A stretch of DNA of 64,000 bases from Octopus vulgaris. Lineage: Eukaryota. Under the pieces are notes generated by a model. It was not told the DNA's origin. It did no database searches and worked only from the letters and a program-made list of their open reading frames with translations. Location: contig OX597841.1 of the NCBI GenBank assembly GCA_951406725.2, forward strand, positions 20,274,001 through 20,338,000, given 5' to 3'. Positions 13,225 through 26,086 of the stretch are shown in pieces. The position numbers and the translations under genes are program-made. Each line of letters starts with the position of its first letter. Within the stretch, counting starts at the first letter, position 1.

Positions 13225-13568
13225 TATCTGTTTCAGTCATAAGACTGAGGCCATGCTGGAGCATCGTCATGAAGAAATTTTAGTCGAATGAATTGACTCC
13301 AAAATTTGTTTTTAAAGCCTGGTACTTTTGATCTGTTTTTAATGAACTGCTAAGTTACAAGGATGTAAACAAACCAACACCAGTTGTCAAGCGGTGGTGG
13401 TGGGGCAAACACACACTTTCAAATCCTGACTACTAAATCCACTCACAAGGCTTTGGTCAGCCCAAGGCTATATCAGAAGACACTTGCCCAAGGTGCCACG
13501 CTGTGGGACTGAACCCAGAACCATGTGGTTGGGAAGCAAGCTTCTTAGCATACAGCTACGCCTGCACC
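13225..13568 (-). mobile_element. SINE family 1 copy
   Basis: Reverse complement of the same head, core and tail as 10819-11207. Confidence 0.8.
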
Positions 13569-14529
13569 TATCATATGTCCATTTTCCATGCTGGCCAGCT
13601 GAAGGGCTGCCCAGGCCCCATCCCTGTTTCTGCGGCTTCATGTCCTACTTAACACCAATCACTTCACATAATGTACTGGTTGCTTTTATGCAGCTGCTAA
13701 GATTAGGAACTCTCAGTTGAAGAGGGATGCAGGAGACCAGCCTGTATGCAAGGATGACCATGTATTTACTTAGCTTGATGTGTCCTCTCAAGCACAGCAA
13801 ACCATCAGAATTCTTGGTCTGCTTAAAAAAGTTTTCTTATTTTCCCTTTTCTTTACCTTTGTGTGTATTTTAGCTTTTATCTTTTACTTGTTTTACTCAT
13901 TGGATTGTGAACAAATTGACCCCAGGACTTATTTTCAAGTCTTGCACTTATTTTGTTGGTCTTTTTTTGCTAAGTTATGGGGATGTAAAGAAACCAACAA
14001 TTGTTGCTGAGCGGTAGTGGGAGCCACACACGGGACCAGCTGCTTTCAGTTTCCACCTATGAAATTCATCCACAAGGCTTTGGTCAGCCCAGGGCTATAA
14101 TAGAGGAAATCATACAGTAGAACTGAACTGGAAACCATGCTCTTTATTAGTGAATCTGTAGTGTGATTGTTAGCAATCTCTACAAATTCCCTTGTCTGTC
14201 CTTTCATTTTTAAAAACGAATGATGAGATTTAAGAGATTCGGCTGCTCTTTCTATTAGCACTATCAACCACATAAAGAACTACCTCTTGTAGGTGTAGTA
14301 GTAGTAATCATTTTTATTTTTGTAGGTGTGGTGGTAGTGGTAATAGTATTTAGATGGTGTATGAGTGGCTGTGTCTCTGTTGCCCCTGTCTGAGTAGATC
14401 ATGTGTTTGTGTGTGAGCGCATGAGGTGCCTATTAATTTAATGAGGTTGGATGTATGTGTTTGTATATATATAAATATAAGTGTGTGAGTATGTGTGTGT
14501 GTGTTTATGTATATATATATATTTATGTG

Positions 14530-16743
14530 GCTTTTCTGACAAATAGCGTGACACCAATTCAAAGCAGGGATGGTAAAGAACTTCTTTGTGATTCACAAGG
14601 AATTCTGCGAAGGTGCCAAGAACATTTTGATGAACTTTTGAATCAGCAGTCTGTAATTAGTGAGGATGTTCTCAATCTCATCCCTGGATTACCCGTGAAG
14701 GCAGCACTCGCAGAACCACCAAATTTGGAAGAATTTGCAGTGGCTTTATCAAGGTTGAATAATGGGAAATCTCCAGGTATGGATGGCATACATGTGGAAT
14801 TGTTACAGCAAAGTGGAGAGAAACTTCTGCAGCAACTTCACTCTTTGTTTGGTAAGATATGGGCTGTACCTGAGGACTGGAGAGATACAGTAATGGTGGT
14901 CTTGTATAAGAGAAAGGGCAACAGGAATGATTGTGGTAACTATAGGAGAATATCATTGCTGTCTGTGTCTGCTGTAGGAAAGATTTTATGCAGGGTACTT
15001 CTGGATTGTCTGCTGAAACATGTTGCAGATTGTGTTCTTCCAGAAAGTCAATCTGGCTTTCGTGTGGGACATGGCACTGCTGATATGATCTTTTCAGCTA
15101 GACAGCTTCAGGAGAAGTGTGTGGAACAGGGTCTGGATTTGTATCAGGTTTTTGTCGATCTGACAAAAGCCTTTGATACCGTCAATAGAAAAGCATTGTG
15201 GAAAGTCCTCCAGAAACTTGGGTGTCCTGAAAAGTTCCTTGCTTTGGTTAGGTCTTTTCATGAAGACATGAAGGGTAGGGTTAATGTTAGAGGGAAAATA
15301 TCGGAGCCCATTTCAATACTCTATATACAATATTCTAGCACCGACCCTATTTGCCATATATTTTGCGATGGTTTTCTGTATTGCATTCAGAAACTGCAGA
15401 TACGGTGTTTACGTCCATTATTGAACCTCTGGCAGCATATTTAATATCAGGCGCTTTGCTGCAAAAACAATGGTATTTACCTCCATCATAAAAGACCTTT
15501 TGTATGCAGATGATCGTGATCTAGTAGCGCACACAGAGATTGATATGCAACACATTTTGAATGCATTCTCTGATGCTTGCACTGCCTTAGGATTGACAGT
15601 CAGTCTCAAGAAAACTGTTGTCATGTACCAACCTGCCCCTGGTAAGCAGTATAGTGTACCAAATATCTATGTGTATGGTAAACGACTTGATGTAGTCGAT
15701 CAGTTTGTCTACCTGGGAAGCACTATTAATAGATATAGCAATTTAGATGATGAAATTCCATACAGAATTAGGAAAGCAAGTGTTGCTTTCAGAAGGCTAG
15801 AAAGGTGCCTCTGGAGTTGACAAGACATGCAGAAAGACAAAAATAAAGGTGTACAAGGCATGTGTGCTCCCTTCTCTTCTCTATGCCTGCAAGACGTGGG
15901 TCACATATCGATACCACCTTAAACATCTGGAACATTTCCATCAGATGTGCCTCAGACGGATCTATAGCATTAAGTGGAAGGACCGCATCAGTGATCTTGA
16001 AATACTCGAAGGCTCTTGGTGTGAAAGTATAGAAACTCTTGTGTTAAAGCAAAGGCTCAGATGGAGTGGTCATCTGGTCAGAATGAAGGATTCAAGGATG
16101 CCAAAACAACTCTTTTATGGAGAGTTAGCTTAAGGAGAATGATCCCCACATAAACCAAAAAAGAGGTATAAGGACTTGCTGAAGGCTTCTTTAGGAGATG
16201 CTTGTATCTTTCCTTAAACATGGGAGGGCATAGCTATTGATTGTAGCAGGTGGAGAAGGATTGTGCACGAGGGGACAGTCACTTTTGAGAAATCTCGAGT
16301 TGCACATGAGAAAGTAAGGAGGGATGTCAGGAAGGGCATCGCTGTTACGCTTCCAGATGGGTCTTCCTATGATGCTGACATGCAGTGTCTGTGCAAGACC
16401 CTGCCTCAGTAAAGCTGGACTCAAAAGTCATCTTCGTAGTCATAAAGCGAGACAGATGAGTGACAACCTGGCCACTGGTGGTATTGTTACACACCATACT
16501 AATCATATCTGTCGGGCATGTGGAAGAGAGTGTAATTTGGCAGGAGGACTTAAACGACATGCAAAGGTACATGAAGTCCAGGTACAACTACAGCCGGCCA
16601 TTACCGGTAAAGGTCTTAGCTGCCAATTCTGTACAAGACATTGTAGATCTTTGGCTGGGCTAAAAAGTCACATTCGATCACAGCACCAATAACAGTTAAA
16701 CTTTGTGCAATGGCCATACTTGATAACGAGGGGCAGCCATCAT
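14530..16743 (+). mobile_element. Second RTE-clade (BovB-like) LINE family, 5'-truncated and degenerate, with three C-terminal C2H2 zinc fingers
   Basis: ORF pieces show GKSPGMDG, CGNYRRISLLS, LPESQSGFR, FVDLTKAFDTV, LYADD, VDQFVYLGS and RLRWSGHLVRM. Segment 16324-16692 carries three CxxC-x12-HxxxH type motifs. Confidence 0.9.
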
Positions 16744-17169
16744 GTATGTATGTATGTGTGTATGTATGTATGTGTGTGTGTGTGTGTGTATGTATGTATA
16801 TGTATGCATGTATATGTATGTATATGTATGCATGTATATGTATGTATATGTATGCATGTATATGTATGTATGCATGTATATATATGTATATATGTATGTG
16901 TGTGTATATGTATGTATGTATATATGTATGTATATATACACACACACACACGTGTGTGTATATGTATCTGCATGTGTGTGAATGTATGTATATGCATGCA
17001 TATGTGAGTGAGTGTGTGTGTGTGTGTGTGCAATTATCGTTGTGCTTCGATTTCTTCTCTGTGTTGCTATTCTGTTTTCCAAATCCTTGCTGCTTGTGCA
17101 ACATCAGCTGATCAATTCCAGGAAGAGTGACGATTTGTAAGACTCAAAATAGCACAGATTATTCTCAGC

Positions 17170-17208
<39 letters not shown>

Positions 17209-17379
17209 AATTTCATTCAGGAGTTAACCCTGGAATTGATCATATTAAGCTCTGGCATGAATCAATAGTCGTATATATATTATTGCACAACATAGCATTA
17301 TTCATGAAGTCAAATGAAACAATTGTCAATTGAACTAATAAAAGGATTTGCTCACTTCACTCTTCTTTATATTCTGTTC

Positions 17380-17559
17380 CTTGTTTCAGTAATTTGATTG
17401 CGACCATACTGGGGCATTTTTGTCAAACTAATCAACTCCAGTACTTTTCTTTTTAAGGCCTGATACTTATTCTATTGGTCTCTTTTGCTGAACTGCTAAG
17501 TTATAGGGATGTAAACACACCAACACCAGTTGCCAAGCAGTGGTAGGGGACAAGCACAG

Positions 17560-17602
<43 letters not shown>

Positions 17603-17757
17603 CAAACTTTCAGTTTCCATCTACCAGATTCACTCACAAAGCTTTGATCAGCCCAAGGCTATAATAGAGGATACTTGATCAAGCTACCATGCAGTGGGAC
17701 TGAACCCGGGACCATTTTAGTTGGGAAGCTAGCTTCTTACCACATGGCCATGCCTGT
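17380..17757 (-). mobile_element. SINE family 1 copy
   Basis: Same head, core and tail, with an internal (CA)n. Confidence 0.78.
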
Positions 17758-18648
17758 GATATGTGTGTATAAAATTTATTCACTTCCTGTGCATATACTA
17801 TGCAGTTTTGGTTACTTTTTTTGATGAGTTGTACTGCAGCACCTGAGAACTATATACAACAGTTTATTATTATTATTATAATTTTAAGCTCTCATTTTTA
17901 CAGTCTGCTTCTTCATCTCCTTCATCTCCTCACTTCTACTTACCTTGTGCCCTTGTGGGGCACCTCATTACCATTATGTCTCTCTTTGCAAGCTTCTGAT
18001 CATTTTCTCTTCTGTCTCTTCCAACTAAATGTGAGTAGCTATGCAAATCCTTCACAAGATCCTGCTCTGATTCCTCCTCTAAGGTGCGTAGCCCTGTAAG
18101 CTGCATGGTGATCTCAATAGTACAGTTGGTGTGAAAAAAGCACCCAGTACATGTAAAGTGGTTGGCTCCAGCTGTGGTCCTTATCAAATACTGTCAACCC
18201 ATCCAACTCAGGGCCAGCATTAAATTATGATGATGCTGTCTTTGTTTCAGCCATTCCAGGGGACCACCCATCATCAACATCATTATTTCACATGTTTTCC
18301 ATGTTGGCATGGGTTGGACAGTTTGACCAAAGCTGGTAAAGCCAAGGGCCTTACCTGGCATTGTTTCTACGGCTGGATACCCTTCCTAATGCCAACCACT
18401 CCACAGAATGTACTGGGTGCTTTTAATGTTGCTCCAGCATGAGTGCTTTATATGCAGCACCAATGCCAATACCAATTCTGCTGTAGCAGGCAGGTCTTCT
18501 TCAGCCATGTGCCAGATATCTCAGTCCTTCGTCATCACCTCAAGTGTCTTGAGACTGGGTCTTCGATATAAACATATGTATGTATCATATGCATTTGCTG
18601 AACCAAGTTTTAAGATTAGATTTTAGGTGTGTGTCTGTCTGTGTATGT

Positions 18649-18682
<34 letters not shown>

Positions 18683-20536
18683 CTTTGGCTGTGTGTTTGA
18701 GAATATATTATCATTGTGAGTTTTCTGTCCATTATCAATGATTGTCAAATAGTATGCACAAACACACAATCATATGCATATGCATACCTGTATGCACACA
18801 TGCATAAGTTGAGAATTTTTAGTAAACGTATTTAGTTTCACGGGTGCCTTTTATGTGTCACCAGCTCAGGTACTTTGCACGTGCCAGTGACACATAAGCG
18901 GCAATACAGTACACTTTTGGAGTGTTTGGCATTAGGAAGAGCACCCAGCCATAGAAACCAAGCCAAAAGATTGGAGCCTGGTGCAGCTCCAGTCAAACCA
19001 TCTTACCCATGCCAGCATGGAAAATGGAGACGATGTGAAATATAGGCACTGTGTATAAACCACATATTTTTCCTCTTTGTAATCAGAAAAAGAAATTGGA
19101 TCCGACTCATTATCTATTAATGCTTCATCAGAGATGGTTACTCATTAGTTATTTAGAGTATATACAAGTCATTCTCTTTCTCATAATTTCACATCTGTTT
19201 TCCATGCTGGCTTCGGTTTGGTGGTTCAATGGGATCTTTACAGGCTGGTGGACATGTCATGCTCTATTTCTTTTTCTTTTTTTTTTTTTGACATGGTTGT
19301 TATGGCTGGATGCTGTTCCTAATACAAACCACTTCACAGTGCATACTGGGTGTGTTTTTCATGGCACCAGCCCTACAGAGGTTGCATTGTTGTTGGTGAA
19401 AAAGTCGTCATCTCAAACCCTGCATTGTGACTACTCAGATCCATTAACAATTACTTAATCCTTTTGCATTTAAACTCCAGCCTGTTTTATGGTCTAAACT
19501 GACCAGATTTGACCTTACACATCCACAATGTCATTCTAAAAACAATCAATCACATCACCAAATTTCAAAGTTGATAAATAAAACAGTATATTTAACAGAA
19601 TAATCTGAATGCTTTAAGCTTAATGTGTGCTGGGTGTCTTTTGTGGCACCAACTACCTTGCAGCTTGCAAACTGAAAGTGACCACCCATGATGGATGGAA
19701 CAGATTTATTGTTGGAGTGTGATGGAGCTAGTAACAGAGGGAACAGTGTTAGGGATGGGAGTGATGGAATCGGGGGAGGGGGGAGAGTAATGTCAGTGTG
19801 GAGGAGATAGGTGAGGGACAAAGTGATAATGGTAACATTGGGGGAGGGACAAGTTGAGTTGGTGGACCTACAAATGGAGTAAGTCAGTCTGCTTACCATG
19901 TCAGCTTGGGTTGGACTGCTAATCAGGGCCCAAGTTCTTGGAGTTACATAGAGACTAACAGATGTTTAGTGTGGAGAGAAATTGGAGGGAAAGTGAATTT
20001 GGGCCTTAATTGGTCTATTCTGGTAATCAATGTGCAGCCACACATTCTCCTGAGTGTCACTGCCCTTAATGTGGAGGAGAGAAAAAAGGACCAGGTGCTA
20101 TCAGTTTGTGCTGCATGCCATTGAGATGTCAGATGTTCTTGGGCCCCATACTACCAATTTTGTTTGCAATGAGCCATGTGAGGTGGAGTGGCTGCTGCAT
20201 TGAGGGTCGCTAGCCGTTCTCCACAGCAATACCATTGCAGTCATTATCACATGATGGGGCTGTGAACCATTGCCCCCCCACCTCCATCTTCTGCTGCTTT
20301 ATCCCACTTTTTCCTTTTATTTGTTTTCCTTTGTTATCTCTTTTTCTTGTTTCTTTGTAATTATACATTATAAATAAAACATTTGCACCACAGCCCAAAT
20401 GTTGGCAAGGTGTCTTCATTAATTAATTAATACTAATGGATCTTCTAAAAAGCATTTGTTTTGTTAATTGTTTGGTAGACTTATGGCTATATCATACCAT
20501 TCTTACCAACTACAAGCTTATCTTCTCCCTCTTACT

Positions 20537-20801
20537 CTCTCCCCCTTCTCTCTTCCATTTCCTCTCTTCCATTTCCTCTCTCTCTCTCTCTTTTCCTCTC
20601 TCTCTTCCTTTTCCTCTCTCCCCTCTTCCCCTTTCTCTCTTCCATTTCCTCTCTCTCTTTTTCTCTTCCTCTCTCTCTTCCATTTCCTCTCTCTCTTCCT
20701 TTTCCTCTCTCCCCTCTTCCTCTCTTCCCCCTTCTCTCTTCCTTTTCCTCTCTCTCTCTTCCTTTTCCTCTCTCACTCCCTCTCCCTTCCTCTCCTCTCT
20801 C
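20537..20801. repeat. Polypyrimidine (CT-rich) tandem tract
   Basis: About 260 bp almost entirely C/T with recurring ctctcttccatttc / ctctcttccttttc units. Confidence 0.9.
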
Positions 20802-21346
20802 TGGTCCAAAAAATAATTAGCTGAACTGTAATGAAGTAATGATAACCACTGAAACTGGTTGGTTTCAGTGGTTTTTAAGGAAGAAAGAGAATTTTCTTTT
20901 TCTAATAATACAGAAAGAAAGAAAGAAAAGAAGGGCCATGGTTTGACCAGAGTAGATACTCTGGTCAAAGTGAGATTCAAAATCTGTTGACTAACAACAC
21001 ATCTTTAAGTCTGTTTTACTTCTCCTCTCAATAAAAATGTGAGGTGATTCTCTCTCTCAGTACTATTTTAGCATGCAGTCTACTGCAATATCTGCAGTTA
21101 TTGCTGTCAATGACATGATCTGGTTTACAATTAACCCTATTTAAGGCACACATGGTATTTTGGTATGTGTAGCCAAAAAGACCAAAGATTTTTTTTTCTG
21201 GAGTAAAGATTATTTGCCAACATAACATGGCAGTCCTGGTAATTTAGCCCCAGGAGACATCGTCTCCAGCTGGCTATACAACACGATCTGTGTCCTTATA
21301 TTTTCAAATAAGGGAATCTAGCATCCCCACTCAGCTCAAAACAATA

Positions 21347-21391
21347 TCTGTGTATAGTGATTTCTGGGTTATTTCTCTTCCTCAGCACAGA
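21347..21391 (-). ncRNA. Minimal type I hammerhead ribozyme-like motif (probably a Penelope-like element remnant; stem II degenerate)
   Basis: Minus strand reads TCTGTG-CTGAGGA-AGAGAAATAACCCA-GAAA-TCACTA-TA-CACAGA: perfect 6-bp stem I, CUGANGA and GAAA boxes, and a 2-bp stem III. Confidence 0.55.
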
Positions 21392-21531
21392 ATAATTGTT
21401 TGGTTAGAGGTGCTGCTGCCAAATTCCTGTTTTTTTCTTTCCTGTTGTCATTGAAATTGATAGATGCATGAAGAAAACTAAGGATAAAGTGCCTGAAACT
21501 ATTTTATTTCTATGTAAAACTATATAGATTA

Positions 21532-22049
21532 CTAGCAGTATTGCCCGGTTTTGCATAATGGTCACATTTAATTCAAAGCGTTAAAAATGTTATGAAAACA
21601 ATTGCTATGTGTTCACAAAGTCCAAACGATTAATACGAAAAAACCCTCCAGGCTAAATCCCCAAAATTCATTCTTTGCCGAATTTCTACAATGTTTACGG
21701 CAATTCGTTTTTGTATCTTTTTTTATTTTTTATTTTTCATGCAATTTACGCATGCTTGCACGCGTGGTGAACACAGTTCATGTCAAACAGCTGACTGAGT
21801 AAAGTTCACTATTCAATGCATGGGATAAGGCCTAAACAAACACATTATCGATTTTTGCACTTGCGAGATGAATTTCGGAACAGAAATAGCGCAGTTCAAT
21901 TTTCATTCGCTCAAACTTTAAGTGACCCATTTTTGGTGGTTCTATGATTTGTTGGCTAGAAGGAGATGTGCCGGGAAGTTAAACACACAGACACACACAG
22001 AGATACACACACAGACACACAAGTTGAGTTTTATATTTATATATATAGA
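21532..22049 (-). mobile_element. Non-autonomous Helitron
   Basis: Minus strand starts A|TCTATATAT..AAAACTCAACTTGTGTGTCTGT and ends ...CCGGGCAATACTGCTAG|T. The termini are shared with the copies at 31758, 46424 and 59636. Confidence 0.75.
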
Positions 22050-23280
22050 TATAGTTTTAAATTATATCTACTGAAAGTCCTTTCAGCTTGTATCACTTGG
22101 ACTGATCAGTCGGCCTGGGTGTCCCAAAAGGGTTAAACTGTACACTGAAGTGATACTTCTGTCTCTCCTCCATCTTCTGATGAGAGTGTTCCACTCATAA
22201 TCACAAGATCAGGGTTTTGATCCTGGGACCAAGCACTGCATTTTGTTTGTGAACAAAAAAAAAAGCATCATTTTCTGTTGCTCCAGCATGGCATGCCTCT
22301 CAGAGGGAATGTCATATTCTTGATCACTTGTATGCCAATAGGCCTGCCTGCCTACTCAGCAACGTGCTATTGTTTGAATGCCACAACAATGTGAGGAAGT
22401 GCATTGTGACCAGTGGTATGTAACAATATCCAGTAGTTTGGTTGATATAGTGATGTCCTGCAGTCATGCTGGGGCACCACCGTGACACTTTTTAGTTGAA
22501 TAAATCAATACCAGTACTTTTTTTTTTAACCTTGGTACTTATTTTGTTGGAATCTTTTGCCAAACTGCTAAGTTACAGGGATGCAAACACACACACACAC
22601 TCTCTCTCTCTCTCTTTCTTTCTCTTTCCGTTCACAAGGCTTTGGTTGGTCTGAGGCTGTAGTAGAAGACATTTGCCCAAGGTACCATACAGTGGGACTG
22701 AACCCTGAACCATATGTTTGGAAGCAATCTTCTTGCCACACAGTAGCCTGGGGTAGTGTTCCACCTGGCTGGTTCCTGTCAAACCGTCCAACCCATGCCT
22801 GCAGACGTTAAACGATGATGATGATGGTAATGATGTTGATCATACTCTCCAAAAATTAGTGAAATTAATTGCAAGGAGAGTGAGGAATTGTGATGTGTGT
22901 GTGTAATATATATTTTAAAAACACTCTTAATCGTTGTACAGTTACCATATATATCTCCCCCTCCTTGCTTTCTACTCATAACTGCATTCACTTCTGTGTT
23001 TTGTTCTGTTCTTCCCTGCCCCCCTCCTCCCCCCCATTTTTTTCTCTCTTCCTCATCATCCCCTTCTTTTCTATCCATCCTTGCTAACTCTACCATGGCA
23101 ATGTAGGTAGCAGTGACCCACTTGCTGAACACTCCCTACCCATTTCACCTCTGTCAGCAGCAGCAGCAGCAGCAGCAGTTACTGCGGCAGGATTTTGTCG
23201 TAAGCACAAATATTTGGTCGTAATTATAATGGTAGACGTAAGATATAAACCGTGATAGTAGAGTGCGGTATGTGTGTGTG

Positions 23281-23339
<59 letters not shown>

Positions 23340-23689
23340 GTGTGAGAAATTTTGTACTGAAAAAAGGAAAAAAAACTGCAATTACATCAGACGGCTGACT
23401 CTTGTTAAATTTACGTGTATTTATAAAATACAATCCAAAAATAAAAACTAAATCAGAAAGACGAGATGAATGAACAGTTTTAGTGAAACACTCAGGAAAA
23501 ATGGAAGGTGAAAAATAAAAAGGAGAGAAAGAAAAAACGTGTCTAAATTATGTATACATTCATCTGTCTGTATATACTCATTCATAGACATGTGTATTTG
23601 TGTGTGTATATAAACACACACACACATTTACCCATACACATGTTTGTCTATATATGTATGTATCTCAACTTATACCTTTTTCTCTCTTT

Positions 23690-24082
23690 TGTTTCAACCG
23701 TTAGACTGCGGTCATGCTGGGGCACCGCCGTGAAGAATGTTTTAGTCGAATGAATCGGCTTCAATACTTAAATTTTTTTTTTAAACCAGGTACTTATTCT
23801 ATCGATCTTTTAGCCGAACCGCTAAGTTACGGGGACGTAAGCACACCAACACCGGTTGTCAAGCGGTGGTAGAAGGCTAACACACTCAAAGACTCAAGAC
23901 TCACACACACTTGTATATACACATATATAACGGGCTTCTTTCAGTTTCCATTTACAAAATCTATTGACGAGGCTTCAGTCAGCTTGAGGCTATAGTAGAA
24001 GACACCTGCCCAAGGTGCCACGCAGTGGCACTGAACCTGGAACCATGTGGTTGGGAAGCAAGCTTCTTACCACACAGCTACA
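23690..24082 (-). mobile_element. SINE family 1 copy (a second copy follows at about 24110-24465)
   Basis: Well-preserved head, core and tail (catgctggggcaccgcc). Confidence 0.85.
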
Positions 24083-25071
24083 CTTGTCTATATTATAATT
24101 CTTTTATCTTTTACTTGCTTCAGTCATTAGGCTGTGGCCATGCTGGGGCACTGCCTTGAAGAATTTTTTGTCAAATGAACTGACCCCAGGACTTATTTTT
24201 AAGTCTGGTACTTATCCTATTGGTCTCTTGCTGAACTGCTAGGTTTCGGGGGGCATAAACAAACCAAAACCAGTTGTCAAGCAATGGTGGAGGACAAACG
24301 CACACACACACACACATGCATACACACACACACACACATACACACACACATGCATTCACACGATGAGCTTGTTTCAGTTTCCATCTATCAAATCCACTCA
24401 CAAGTCTTTGGTCAATCTGGTTCTATTGTAGAAGATGGGACTGAATTCAAAACTACATGGTTAGGAGATAACTTTGGAAGTTTAACTTATAACTGAATGT
24501 TAGCTTTCAGTTGAAGGTGTCTTATCTTTGACTCCAGAAGAATGTGTTTGCCTAATTTTGTTCCAGCCCAAGTGTCTCCCACATTCCAGTGCCCATCTAT
24601 ATCCATACAGTATCTTCATACACCAGTGTTGTACAATTGGTCTTTTACTCACAGAGAATCGCTTTGTTTCCAGCAAGAATTAATAATCCTCTAAATATTT
24701 TCACCCCCTTTTTTTACTGTCTACTATGCTTTCAATTCACCCATCTCCTCTGCTTATTACATCACCTAGGTAACAGAAACTATCAACTTCTTTTGAAGAC
24801 TGCTGAGCATTTGAAAGTATTAATTTCACTGGTGCACTTTGCCTCTAACTACCACTCTACAAAATCTTCCTTCTCTCTTAACCCACATCGGATCCTCTAC
24901 GCATTCATAGCTTACATTAAGTACAGCATTTGGTATTTCTACATATTTTGTTTCTGCATTATTAACCTTGACCTCTGTCCAAAAGGTCATTGAACCATGT
25001 CCAAAAGGTCATAGAACCATGCATTCTCGCTAAAACTTTTGTGCTTGGTTTACTCTAATCCTTTAGCTTTT

Positions 25072-26086
25072 AGGTAATTTTTATCCCCACTTTAATGTGG
25101 ATGTTCTGTTAGAACAAACTATACTGCTGTAGATGCCATGAGAGAAACTTTCATATTGACTTTTGGTGCAAAAATGCTCTCTTGTTTATATCGCTAGCAG
25201 GGAGATAAACCCCTGCCCCTTCCAGCGCTGACACTATATAAAATATATTTTAGAGGCTGTATGAACACCAAGAGGTAATATTTATCCCCACTTAAACGTG
25301 GATGTTCTGATGGAACAGATACCATGAGAGAAACTCTCATATAGGCTTTTGATGCAAAATGCATTCTTGTTTATATTGCCAGGATTTACTCTTTTCTCTC
25401 TCTTTTACTCTTTTACTTGTTTCAGTCATTTTGACTGCGGCCATGCTGGAGCACCACCTTTTTAGTACTTATTCTATCGGTCTCTTTTTGCTGAACCGCT
25501 AAGTGACGGGGACCTAAACACACCAGCATCGGTTGTCAAGCAATGCTAGGGGGACAAACACAGACACACAAACACACACACATATACATATATATATACA
25601 TATATACGACAGGCTTCTTTCAGTTTCCGTCTACCAAATCCACTCACAAGGCATTGGTCGGCCCGGGGCTATAGCAGAAGACACTTGCCCAAGATGCCAC
25701 GCAGTGGGACTGAACCCGCAACCGTGTGGTTGGTTAGCAAGCTACTTACCACACAGCCACTCCTGCGGATTGTTTATATCTATCACGAATATATATTTTT
25801 TAACAAGCTCACTGGCTAATCATTGCACCAGTGCCTAGCACTGTTTTCCTATACGTCACTAGCAGGGAGATGAGTATCCATCATTGCAAAGACCAAGGAT
25901 GATCGAAATCACTTGATCTATTGGTCTTGGTGCAGGACATGACAGATTTATCTTCCTGCTAGCGATATTAACAAGAGTGCATTTTGCACCAAAAGCCAAT
26001 ATGGGAGAGGTTCTCTCATGGCATCTACAGCAGTATAGTTTGTTCTAACAGAACGTCCCATGTTTAAATGGGAATAAATATTACCT
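25072..26086. mobile_element. Foldback/MITE-like element with ~140-bp inverted arms, an extra direct arm copy and a nested SINE
   Basis: 25072-25209 is the reverse complement of about 25946-26086 (ttctgttagaacaaactatactgctgtagatgccatgagagaa). A second direct copy lies at 25272-25380. Confidence 0.7.
25390..25766 (-). mobile_element. SINE family 1 copy, well preserved
   Basis: Complete head (gcaggagtggctgtgtggtaag...ggttcagtccc), body and gtaaaaga-type tail repeats. Confidence 0.88.

Noticed and set aside
19630-20260. Possible Penelope-like GIY-YIG remnant
   Set aside because: Too degraded to recover diagnostic motifs by eye.
23155-23178. (CAG)8 as a polyglutamine exon
   Set aside because: No splice sites or coding context; it is a simple microsatellite.
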